Source of the DNA: an uncultured virus (IMG/VR IMGVR_UViG_3300025877_000002)
Lineage: Duplodnaviria > Heunggongvirae > Uroviricota > Caudoviricetes
IMG/VR virus record: IMGVR_UViG_3300025877_000002
Length of the DNA stretch: 20,000 nt
Direction: 5' to 3' (one strand)
Part shown: positions 1 to 7,037 of the stretch, piece after piece
Position numbering within the stretch: position 1 is the stretch's first letter
Layout of the letters: the number at the start of each line of letters is the position of its first letter
The notes under the pieces: model-generated
The model's input: only the letters and a program-made list of their open reading frames with translations
What the model was told of the DNA's origin: nothing
The model's database searches: none
Made by a program: the position numbers and the translations under genes

Positions 1-346
1 ATTTACTTTGTGTAATTTCTTTTTTAAAAATACAATTTTCACCCGCTTTTAATTTTATTACTATATTGTTCATTAACTTGCGTAGTTCGTTTCTTTTGGT
101 AGTACGATATTTTTTACCACCGTCAAAATCCTGTAAATATTTTTTATCTTTAAATAAACCATTTCTACCACTACCACTTTGAGTAGTATTATTAGAAGTA
201 CTAATTTTATCTAATAAATTTGAAAGATTCTTACTATCTTGTTTTTTCTCTTTAACTACTTTTTCTTTTTTTACTTTTGCAGTTTTTGCAGTTTCAACAT
301 TTGCAGTTGCAGTTGTTGTTGTTGGAGTTGTTTCTGAATTTTGCAT
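1..346 (-). CDS. Lys/Thr-rich basic hypothetical protein, runs off the window edge (not in ORF track)
   Basis: Manual translation from ATG at 346: MQNSETTPTTTTATANVETAKTAKVKKEKVVKEKKQDSKNLSNLLDKISTSNNTTQSGSGRNGLFKDKKYLQDFDGGKKYRTTKRNELRKLMNNIVIKLKAGENCIFKKEITQSK..., open to base 1; A-rich leader. Confidence 0.75.
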   Translation of the reverse strand, partial: MQNSETTPTTTTATANVETAKTAKVKKEKVVKEKKQDSKNLSNLLDKISTSNNTTQSGSGRNGLFKDKKYLQDFDGGKKYRTTKRNELRKLMNNIVIKLKAGENCIFKKEITQSK

Positions 347-431
347 TTTTTTTGTTTTTAGATTGTTTGAATTATTTGTTTTTAATTATGAAGTAAAGAT
401 AATCTTTAAAGATGAAGATTAGATGAATTTT

Positions 432-641
432 TTAATTCAGATATAATAAAGAATTATTTATTTCTTTTATTAATTTAATTCGCTGAATTTTTAACTTGCT
501 TAAAAAATACATATTTTCAGCGAGTTGTTCACTATCTTTTACAGAATTTAAACTTTTATTTTCTGCGATAGTTTCGAGTCTTAATCCTGCTAATTGAATA
601 GTGGATTGAATAAATAAATTTAAGTTTTTAGATGTTTGCAT
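432..641 (-). CDS. Hypothetical protein, 69 aa
   Basis: ORF with A-rich leader directly downstream of the promoter at 677-708. Confidence 0.65.
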   Translation of the reverse strand: MQTSKNLNLFIQSTIQLAGLRLETIAENKSLNSVKDSEQLAENMYFLSKLKIQRIKLIKEINNSLLYLN

Positions 642-676
642 TTTTTTTTATGTTTTTAGATTTATTAATTTATACT

Positions 677-708
677 CAAATGTAAAACATAAAGTTTCAA
701 AAGTCAAA
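677..708 (-). promoter_or_regulatory. Bacteroidota-type promoter
   Basis: Minus strand TTTG (705-708), 20 nt spacer, TACATTTG (677-684). Confidence 0.75.
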
Positions 709-788
709 TATTATTTTTAAAATTCATCTAATCTTCATAATTAAAAAAAGTAGTATTTTATTACAACTTTTATTCTTATATGCAAATT

Positions 789-814
789 GGGTGGGTAGGT
801 GGGTAATTTTGGGG
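789..814 (+). other. G-quadruplex-forming motif at an AT/GC compositional junction
   Basis: GGG-T-GGG-TAGGT-GGG-TAATTTT-GGGG fits G3N1-7 x4. Confidence 0.45.
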
Positions 815-962
815 AAGGCATGAAGGCATGGTTGTGGGGGCAAATTAGGAAAAAAGTTGGAGGGCCCCCGGGAAAGGGCCTTGCCCACCTGCATGGTTAG
901 CTATTAGTATATAATGTCTAGCCAATATACATGTTAGAAGATATGAAGTAAGTGCTTTGGTA

Positions 963-1027
963 TACTTGCATTTGACTAGAAGTATGGAGAATAGAGCAGG
1001 AAAATGCAAGTAAACCTACTCTATTCT
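963..1027 (-). other. Structured RNA element (13-bp hairpin whose loop is complementary to a downstream 11-mer; candidate pseudoknot or terminator)
   Basis: 988-1000 pairs with 1015-1027 (one G-U on the minus strand); loop 1002-1012 is the exact reverse complement of 963-973. Confidence 0.5.
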
Positions 1028-1052
1028 TTATTCCATACCCCCTGAACCTGAT

Positions 1053-1139
1053 TTACTTAGATATCGCAGCGATCAGAGCAGTGATCAGGATCAGGATGGC
1101 TATAGGGCTCATTGGGTCATAGTAACGTTTCCGTATCAT
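1053..1139 (-). CDS. Small single-pass membrane peptide, 28 aa
   Basis: MIRKRYYDPMSPIAILILITALIAAISK; internal ATG of track ORF 1053..1331 avoids overlap with 1165..1539. Confidence 0.45.
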   Translation of the reverse strand: MIRKRYYDPMSPIAILILITALIAAISK

Positions 1140-1164
1140 AGTAAAGGATCTGATCAGTTTCGGA

Positions 1165-1539
1165 TTAGTATAGTTGGGTACTATGCGAGAGTCCGCATCG
1201 TTGGCATTCAGCACCCATGGATCCTGATTCTGGTCCGCCTTCATCGGTGCATACCCAGTCATGTCCTTGGGTAGCACAGATAGCAATGGCTTCCTTGTGG
1301 TCCTCGTTATCCATAAGATCGTTGATAGCAATTTCGAATCGGTCGGGATCCAAGCGATGGAAGTAGGTATCCCGGACCCAATGAATTAAGGTAGCCCAGG
1401 CATTTTCCCAGTTCTCTTGTATCTGTGTTTCTTCAGTTACCGGCAGGATCTTCCAGTGGGATCGGAATACGGGCATTAAGCCGAATTGTTCGAAATTTGG
1501 TTCGATTATTTCTAGGTATTCTGTTTCTTGGTGCATCAT
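1165..1539 (-). CDS. Hypothetical protein with C-terminal C-x3-GHxW...CxRCG zinc-binding motif
   Basis: CATQGHDWVC...ECQRCGL; ATGA overlap with upstream gene. Confidence 0.75.
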   Translation of the reverse strand: MMHQETEYLEIIEPNFEQFGLMPVFRSHWKILPVTEETQIQENWENAWATLIHWVRDTYFHRLDPDRFEIAINDLMDNEDHKEAIAICATQGHDWVCTDEGGPESGSMGAECQRCGLSHSTQLY

Positions 1540-1844
1540 AGTGATTGGAGTTTTTGGATGAAGGCGGCATGGAATACTAGCATCGGGAGGGAAAATAAGG
1601 TAGCCATTAGTTCCGCATCGATGTACTGATCGTAAAGTTTGAGCATCCGTTCAGCTTGTCCTGTCGGCAATTTGAGGGTTTGAATTAAATGGGTATGATA
1701 GGTTGCCCGGTGGATTTTTAATTGGTCCGACGGTTTACCTAGGTTAGTGGTTTGTTTCCTTGTCCGTTTGGCAACGGGGTGGGAAATTGCAGGTTGCATT
1801 TTTTTATTGTCTTGCATTTTTTTAGATATTAGTACTGTTTGCAT
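1536..1844 (-). CDS. Hypothetical protein, 102 aa
   Basis: ORF downstream of TATATTTG element at 1861-1868. Confidence 0.65.
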   Translation of the reverse strand: MQTVLISKKMQDNKKMQPAISHPVAKRTRKQTTNLGKPSDQLKIHRATYHTHLIQTLKLPTGQAERMLKLYDQYIDAELMATLFSLPMLVFHAAFIQKLQSL

Positions 1845-1860
1845 TTTTTAAATTATAGTG

Positions 1861-1868
1861 CAAATATA
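1861..1868 (-). promoter_or_regulatory. Bacteroidota -7 promoter element (no clear -33 box)
   Basis: TATATTTGCA on minus strand, same core as the repeated modules. Confidence 0.5.
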
Positions 1869-1930
1869 TATATATTATAATTATCTTTTATATTAAATTT
1901 TTGCGGCCCTGAAAATAGGTAGGCCTAGTG

Positions 1931-1999
1931 CCGTAGGGCCTATCACCTAAAAAGAGGAAAGGGCCTATCCAGCATGGTACCCTACCGTAGGGCCTATCA
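1931..1999. repeat. Short direct repeats CCGTAGGGCCTATCA
   Basis: 15-bp copies at 1931-1945 and 1985-1999; partial AGGGCCTATC at 1960-1969. Confidence 0.7.
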
Positions 2000-2021
2000 A
2001 GTCCAGGAATCGGTACCACAC

Positions 2022-2050
2022 AAAAAAGCCCCAACCCGTCGGCTGAGGCC
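2022..2050 (-). terminator. Rho-independent terminator
   Basis: Minus strand GCCTCAGCC-gacg-GGTTGGGGC-TTTTTT just after the stop of 2067..2879. Confidence 0.75.
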
Positions 2051-2066
2051 CAAGCAACATAACTAA

Positions 2067-2879
2067 CTAAACTATCTCATCATCATCTTCAAAATCCGAT
2101 TCCCTCCGAACCTCATGTCTTACTTTACTACTTACTATAGTAGCAGCAGTATCGGTTGTAGGGATTAGGGATCCATCGGTATCAACCCCTTGTTGGTAAT
2201 TGGCTCTTACCTCAGGTAGGTCGTCTATATTATATTGTTCCTTTAATTGGTCCTTCAATTGAGGTTCGGTAAGGAGCCTCATTGGTTGTTCTGTATTCAT
2301 TAGTTTAATCGCTTTCTCTGGGGTCAGGGCATCGGATTCGGATTGAGGATTAGAGCCTGGTACCAGATAGTGATTAGGGCTTGCTGCCCTGTGGGATTGG
2401 TCTAAAGTACGGTAGAGATCCAGGAGATTTTTGTCTGCCGCCAGTGCACCCGATATGGCTCGGTTTACCTCACCAGAGATGTAGGGCTTGTATTTTCCCC
2501 CCTGACTTTTGAGCATCGTACCGAGCTGTAAATCAGCAGTTTGGCTGTGATTTAGGGATTTTTTTATAGCCCAATTTTTGATGACCCTAAGGGATTGGGC
2601 AGTGTCTTCTAGGTCTGAATCTGGTCCCATCCCTTGCATATAACCCATACGTTTGTATAGATACCTGATGATATACATAGTATCTAATTGTAAGTAAGTT
2701 GATACTTCGTCTATAGTAAGTGGTTTGTTGTTTACTGTTTGATTGTTTATGAAGTAAAGGTTTAGTATGTGATCTTTGATCTTCTTTAATTCTTCTTGTT
2801 TGTTGGCTGATGTGTTTAGTGATTGGGCTTGGAGAGTAACTCCTAGTGGTCTGGGTATCCTTTGAATCTTTGTTTTCAT
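2067..2879 (-). CDS. Phage hypothetical protein, 270 aa (HTH-like N-terminal region, acidic tail)
   Basis: Long ORF; LTIDEVSTYLQLDTMYIIRYL is HTH-like; motifs SQGGKYKPYIS and YNIDDLPEV resemble uncultured Bacteroidota phage proteins (from memory, unverified). Confidence 0.8.
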   Translation of the reverse strand: MKTKIQRIPRPLGVTLQAQSLNTSANKQEELKKIKDHILNLYFINNQTVNNKPLTIDEVSTYLQLDTMYIIRYLYKRMGYMQGMGPDSDLEDTAQSLRVIKNWAIKKSLNHSQTADLQLGTMLKSQGGKYKPYISGEVNRAISGALAADKNLLDLYRTLDQSHRAASPNHYLVPGSNPQSESDALTPEKAIKLMNTEQPMRLLTEPQLKDQLKEQYNIDDLPEVRANYQQGVDTDGSLIPTTDTAATIVSSKVRHEVRRESDFEDDDEIV

Positions 2880-3043
2880 TTTAGTTTGTTTTGTAGCTGG
2901 GTGGGGGTTGATCCGTATCTAGCTCCGAATGTGGCCATCTTAGCCTGTTCTCTTTGGTGGTCTGTAACCATTGAATAAGGTACATTGAACATCTTGGATG
3001 CGGCTAGTTTGTGTTGGTCCTTATATCTCCTGTTTGTTTTCAT
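2876..3043 (-). CDS. 55-aa stand-alone family A DNA polymerase fingers (O-helix/motif B) mini-protein (not in ORF track)
   Basis: MKTNRRYKDQHKLAASKMFNVPYSMVTDHQREQAKMATFGARYGSTPTQLQNKLK; gapless DxH...QRxxAKxxxFGxxYG pattern; ATGA overlaps at both ends. Confidence 0.8.
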   Translation of the reverse strand: MKTNRRYKDQHKLAASKMFNVPYSMVTDHQREQAKMATFGARYGSTPTQLQNKLK

Positions 3044-3321
3044 TTATGTTTGTTTGGTAGCATGATATCTACTGATAGTAGTTTACCGTCCTGATGTATG
3101 ATAGCCGATGGTAGTTCGGCATTCTTTAATTGGATTGGGTAGTTAGTTGTTGGTGGCGGGGTTAATAGGGAAATTAGTTTAGAACCGTCCTCTTGTTCTG
3201 GCATCCTGGCTTGGGATCGGATTAGGCAATGTCTGATGTTGTAGGCTTCCTCTTGGGATAGTTCTACTACTATAATTGGTTCTTTCCTTTTCTGGGTTAC
3301 AGGTCTGATGTATGTTTTCAT
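3040..3321 (-). CDS. Hypothetical protein, 93 aa
   Basis: ATGA overlaps on both sides. Confidence 0.7.
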   Translation of the reverse strand: MKTYIRPVTQKRKEPIIVVELSQEEAYNIRHCLIRSQARMPEQEDGSKLISLLTPPPTTNYPIQLKNAELPSAIIHQDGKLLSVDIMLPNKHK

Positions 3322-3581
3322 GATATCTGTATTACTTCTTGTTTGGTCGGTGACTGATGTTGTATCTGGTCCTCGTGATTCTTGATGTATTCTCTTGCGG
3401 TTTCCTCTGTCTGAATGTAGTCTACTAAGTAGGTAAAGGATCCATCTCGGTAGGAAAGGGTTTCGTAGTAGGAATAGATCCTGATCCCGAATAGTTTGAT
3501 ATGTACTTGTTTCTGGGGCCAGTATCGGATAGAGTTATTCTCCATGGTTACTTTCAGTATCCTGTATTTCCTTTGTTTCAT
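3318..3581 (-). CDS. Hypothetical protein, 87 aa (start revised to MKQRKYRILK)
   Basis: ATG at 3581 overlaps the TGA of 3578..3748. Confidence 0.7.
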   Translation of the reverse strand: MKQRKYRILKVTMENNSIRYWPQKQVHIKLFGIRIYSYYETLSYRDGSFTYLVDYIQTEETAREYIKNHEDQIQHQSPTKQEVIQIS

Positions 3582-3748
3582 TTCTTTGGTTCCTCCTGTT
3601 TGAATAGTAGTTGGCAGTAGACTACTGCCCCGTTGGTTTTGGACATGGTCATGGGTTCGTTTTTTATCCATCCGTCCTTGATGGCTTGGTTTAGCTCTTT
3701 TTCAAAGCTCTTAGCATGGAAACTGTATACGAGATAGTATGTGATCAT
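3578..3748 (-). CDS. DUF1737-like small protein, 56 aa (not in ORF track)
   Basis: MITYYLVYSFHAKSFEKELNQAIKDGWIKNEPMTMSKTNGAVVYCQLLFKQEEPKK; helix-GW...YxQ pattern; ATGA overlap. Confidence 0.6.
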   Translation of the reverse strand: MITYYLVYSFHAKSFEKELNQAIKDGWIKNEPMTMSKTNGAVVYCQLLFKQEEPKK

Positions 3749-3876
3749 GATTTGAGGTATATTAAGCTTAGTTAGGCTTGTCTAGAAATTAGTATTTATG
3801 AATTTAAGTGCAATTAGTTAGCTTGTTTAGCTGTTGATGCTAGATATTCTAATTCGTTGGGTCCTAAAGAGATAAG

Positions 3877-3902
3877 CACAGGGATAAATGAATATCCCTG
3901 TG
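3877..3902 (-). terminator. Perfect 10-bp hairpin, probable terminator or processing stem
   Basis: CACAGGGATA-aatgaa-TATCCCTGTG downstream of 3930..4400; weak U tract. Confidence 0.55.
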
Positions 3903-3929
3903 TGTAGTTAAGGGTTTGGAATTGATGGA

Positions 3930-4400
3930 TTAGCTGCTTAAAACTCTTAGCTTAGTAAGGTCTATTTTGGCAGCTATGATTTTGAGAATATTTAATGATT
4001 GTTCGGTATCCTCATCGTCCAGTGGGAAGTGATGGATTACTTCGTCCTCCCTGAAGGATAGAGGCATAGTTGTAGTGATTGGAAGATCGGGATCGGATGA
4101 GATCTTGAGGAAGCATTCGATCATCGGTACCTTAGAGCGTATTTCTATAAGGTTCAGGATAAGCCCTGTTTCTGGTTCTTGGCCTTTTGGGTATTCTCTG
4201 GCTTTAAGCATGAAATTGACATCCTCTTGGGTTTGTTTAATGATCAGGGCAAAGAATTCGGAAGTACCGTCTTTGTGTACCTTGGTTACGGGTTGCATTT
4301 CTGTTTCCTCGTAGATTAGTTGGAATTTCTCATTGAAGGGCTCCATCCGATTTAGGATCGGTAGCATGGCTTGGGTTAAATGTTCTTTAGCTTTTTTCAT
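3930..4400 (-). CDS. Hypothetical protein, 156 aa
   Basis: ORF in operon; TAACTAACC leader. Confidence 0.75.
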   Translation of the reverse strand: MKKAKEHLTQAMLPILNRMEPFNEKFQLIYEETEMQPVTKVHKDGTSEFFALIIKQTQEDVNFMLKAREYPKGQEPETGLILNLIEIRSKVPMIECFLKISSDPDLPITTTMPLSFREDEVIHHFPLDDEDTEQSLNILKIIAAKIDLTKLRVLSS

Positions 4401-4406
4401 GGTTAG

Positions 4407-4619
4407 TTAAGAGTTTGGAATTGATGGAACTTCTTTAGCAATTTGTCTTAGATCTTGGTCACCTACGATATCTTGTAAAGTGGTGTAGAGATAGCCATCC
4501 CAGCCTGTACCATCCAAGTCAAATTGGTTCATGGCTTCTTCTAGGTTTTCATGAGGTCCTGTGATATGCAGGTCTTCCCAGTAATCGGGATCATCTTTAA
4601 AGAATATGAATATGAGCAT
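4407..4619 (-). CDS. Small acidic hypothetical protein, 70 aa (probable paralog of 7034..7225)
   Basis: ORF in operon; shared FxFF...LxxA...GxxYxTLx[DE] pattern. Confidence 0.7.
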   Translation of the reverse strand: MLIFIFFKDDPDYWEDLHITGPHENLEEAMNQFDLDGTGWDGYLYTTLQDIVGDQDLRQIAKEVPSIPNS

Positions 4620-4631
4620 GGTTATAGGATT

Positions 4632-5027
4632 TTAGTTATCGTCCTCATCTTCGTCCTCATCATAGTCTTCGACCTGGTTTTCGATTATGACTGAGTCCTC
4701 CTTGATTTTTGTTTGGATTGCTCGTAACTCTTTGGGGGTTGGTTTTACGATGAGCAATACCATGTATAAGAGCAATTCCCGAGATCCTTCAGGACTTATG
4801 TCCTGTCCGAAGAGATCAGCTATTGCTCTTCGCAACCCGGTAGAACGTATTGTTTGGTCCATCAGATCGGCAATAATCCCCAAGCTGAGAACTGGATCTT
4901 TGTTTGGATCCCCCCCGACTATTGTCATGATTTGTTGCCTGGTTTCTTCAGGTAAAGTGTCTACTTTGTCGGTTACTTCCATTAAGTAACGATGTTGTTC
5001 GGATAGGGTTTCTTTAGCTTTTTTCAT
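4632..5027 (-). CDS. Hypothetical protein with acidic C-terminal tail, 131 aa
   Basis: Ends EDYDEDEDEDDN. Confidence 0.75.
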   Translation of the reverse strand: MKKAKETLSEQHRYLMEVTDKVDTLPEETRQQIMTIVGGDPNKDPVLSLGIIADLMDQTIRSTGLRRAIADLFGQDISPEGSRELLLYMVLLIVKPTPKELRAIQTKIKEDSVIIENQVEDYDEDEDEDDN

Positions 5028-5040
5028 GGTTTGTTAGTTG

Positions 5041-5625
5041 TTAGTTAGTTGTTATAGTGTTGCGGTAGAATTCGTAATCTGTATCATGTGGGTTATTCTT
5101 GATCAGGTCCTTGATGAACTTGGCGTATCGTTTCTCTTGTTTGGTTACTTCGCAGAGTTGGGCAAAGATGTCTATGAATCCCGGCATGTAATCAAAGAAG
5201 TCATCGTCCCCGCCGGCACTGAAGGCAGTATTGGCAGCAACCAGTTCGAATAGGTTAATGTAGGTTTCGAGTTCATCCTCATGTTTGAATTCCAGCCTGA
5301 TGATGGTACCAGTATCAAAGGGTTCAAGGTTTGTAAGATCCCAAGTATGGTTTGCTTTGTAATAGCCGGTAACTTCGTTGTTGATTTTCCCAAGCATTAC
5401 CCGTTGGTTAGCCTCGTCCATACGTTTGGTATTCTCCTCGGGTTCTTTGTGACGGATATTACCGTATCCGAAGGCCAGTTGGAGTATGTCTTCAGTTTCC
5501 ATTTGGTCATAGATTACTGAGGCTCGGTGATAGCCCTGGGGTAAAGTGTGTTCCCCGTAGTGGGGGTAGGAGATCAGGATAGATATGTTACCCCCGTCTG
5601 TTTTTGTGAGATGGTCTGTTTTCAT
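5041..5625 (-). CDS. Hypothetical protein, 194 aa
   Basis: Long ORF in operon. Confidence 0.75.
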   Translation of the reverse strand: MKTDHLTKTDGGNISILISYPHYGEHTLPQGYHRASVIYDQMETEDILQLAFGYGNIRHKEPEENTKRMDEANQRVMLGKINNEVTGYYKANHTWDLTNLEPFDTGTIIRLEFKHEDELETYINLFELVAANTAFSAGGDDDFFDYMPGFIDIFAQLCEVTKQEKRYAKFIKDLIKNNPHDTDYEFYRNTITTN

Positions 5626-5627
5626 GA

Positions 5628-5981
5628 TTAGTATTGGCCTGAGTAATGGATTATGAAATGTATAGAATGATCTGAAAGTTGGATTTGGAGTGAGTCGTCT
5701 TTTTCTGATACCCAGATAACATGTAAACCCCGGTCCAGTATTTTCTCTGGGTCATGCAGGTGTTCATCTGGTTCGATACGCATTAGCAGAGCATTGATCT
5801 GTTCAAACTGATCGTCATGTTCTTCTGTTTTATGAAAATGTTCTCGGTAAACTAGAACCTCAGTAGAGGATTCATCGCCGAGTTGTATCAATGAGGAATG
5901 TTGAAGATGGTAAGCATGGCCTAGTTGGGGCAGCATGTTGTTTTCCAGGATATCCTGAATTTTTTGTTGGATTGTTTTCAT
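5628..5981 (-). CDS. His-rich hypothetical protein, 117 aa
   Basis: TAATG overlap with upstream gene. Confidence 0.7.
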   Translation of the reverse strand: MKTIQQKIQDILENNMLPQLGHAYHLQHSSLIQLGDESSTEVLVYREHFHKTEEHDDQFEQINALLMRIEPDEHLHDPEKILDRGLHVIWVSEKDDSLQIQLSDHSIHFIIHYSGQY

Positions 5982-6223
5982 TAGTAGGCCTGTTTGTCAA
6001 GTTTACCATGTGCATCGATGAAGAACCGTTGGACATGTTTAAGGTTAGAAGAGTGTCGGGCTGGATGATGGGCAGAGCATCCCCAAGCATGAAGGGCGAT
6101 CATTGATCGGAAGTAATGGTTGCGTTTGTTAGCCATGTACTTTGCAGAGATAGCCCCCGGGATTTTGTGGGGATAGCGGGGTGTTTGATATCCCTGATTT
6201 GTTTTGATGTGCGGTGTTGTCAT
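5981..6223 (-). CDS. Basic hypothetical protein, 80 aa
   Basis: First ORF after promoter at 6280-6311; stop coupled to next start. Confidence 0.55.
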   Translation of the reverse strand: MTTPHIKTNQGYQTPRYPHKIPGAISAKYMANKRNHYFRSMIALHAWGCSAHHPARHSSNLKHVQRFFIDAHGKLDKQAY

Positions 6224-6269
6224 TGGGTTCGGATTTTTGCATTATTTTATATTGCATTATTGCAATTAT

Positions 6270-6328
6270 ATATTATATGCAAATATAAAACCCAATTTAA
6301 CCCAATGCAAAACTTATTTTAGAGGCCC
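6270..6328 (-). promoter_or_regulatory. Repeated phage promoter module, copy 1
   Basis: TTTG (6308-6311), 20 nt, TATATTTG (6280-6287); conserved GGCC..AAAATA upstream. Confidence 0.85.
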
Positions 6329-6329
6329 A

Positions 6330-6539
6330 TTAGGGTCCTAAGGATTGGGCTATTTCGCATAGTTCGTTCTTCAGAACTTGAGGGTCTTCATCAAAGTGTC
6401 CCTTGCTCCATTGTTTACGAAGGAATAGGATTCTTTCGCATTCTCGGGGGCTAGGTTCTATAGCCTTAGCCTTTTCTAAAAGGTGGGCTGGGATGGAAAA
6501 CCAAGTTTGCATCTCGAGGAGCATTTCATGTAGGATCAT
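6330..6539 (-). CDS. Hypothetical protein, 69 aa
   Basis: ATGA overlap. Confidence 0.7.
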   Translation of the reverse strand: MILHEMLLEMQTWFSIPAHLLEKAKAIEPSPRECERILFLRKQWSKGHFDEDPQVLKNELCEIAQSLGP

Positions 6540-6790
6540 TGGGGAAGTAATTTTAAATGGTCTGTGCCGTAATTTAATAGGGATTTATCGTCTAGGTCAT
6601 TTAGCAGAACTAGCTTAATTTGATCCAGCCTTTTAATTATCCTAATTAATTCGGCATCGCACTCATATTGAAACTCTACTATATTACCGGATACCTCATC
6701 CATGAGGTTATCAACTCCCCCGCTGTTATCGTAATCAGCAGAGGGGATAGGGGGTAAATTCATTCCGTAAGGATGTTTGTTCTTTGCCAT
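6536..6790 (-). CDS. Hypothetical protein, 84 aa (start revised to MAKNKHPYG)
   Basis: ATG at 6790 follows the upstream stop at 6792. Confidence 0.7.
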   Translation of the reverse strand: MAKNKHPYGMNLPPIPSADYDNSGGVDNLMDEVSGNIVEFQYECDAELIRIIKRLDQIKLVLLNDLDDKSLLNYGTDHLKLLPQ

Positions 6791-6791
6791 G

Positions 6792-7037
6792 TTATTCTGT
6801 ATCGATATTATGTTTTTCAGCATAGTCTTCTATGTAGGCATCCAATTGCCTAGCAAGTAAATTGTATTTAATAACCACATCCCGAATCTCTTCGGGAAAA
6901 TCCTTCGGAGCATTATCAGCAACGGTACCGGATAATCCTTGCTCCTGTAGATTCCAGCAAATGGATTCCATGTTACCATAAGGTTTACCATCCTCTCCTA
7001 GAGGGAATTGATAAGGTGTTGAGGCTTTAGCTGTCAT
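6792..7037 (-). CDS. Hypothetical protein, 81 aa
   Basis: ATGA overlap. Confidence 0.7.
   Translation of the reverse strand: MTAKASTPYQFPLGEDGKPYGNMESICWNLQEQGLSGTVADNAPKDFPEEIRDVVIKYNLLARQLDAYIEDYAEKHNIDTE

Larger units (their letters stand above)
412..738. repeat. Perfect 20-bp inverted repeat (412-431 / 719-738)
   Basis: 412-431 ATGAAGATTAGATGAATTTT is the exact reverse complement of 719-738 AAAATTCATCTAATCTTCAT; a further 15-bp match links 379-393 and 733-747. Confidence 0.85.

Noticed and set aside
2876..3043. Calling the mini-ORF polA or a split or intron-interrupted polymerase
   Set aside because: No other polymerase motifs and no intron or intein-sized gaps in flanking sequence; it has its own coupled start and stop
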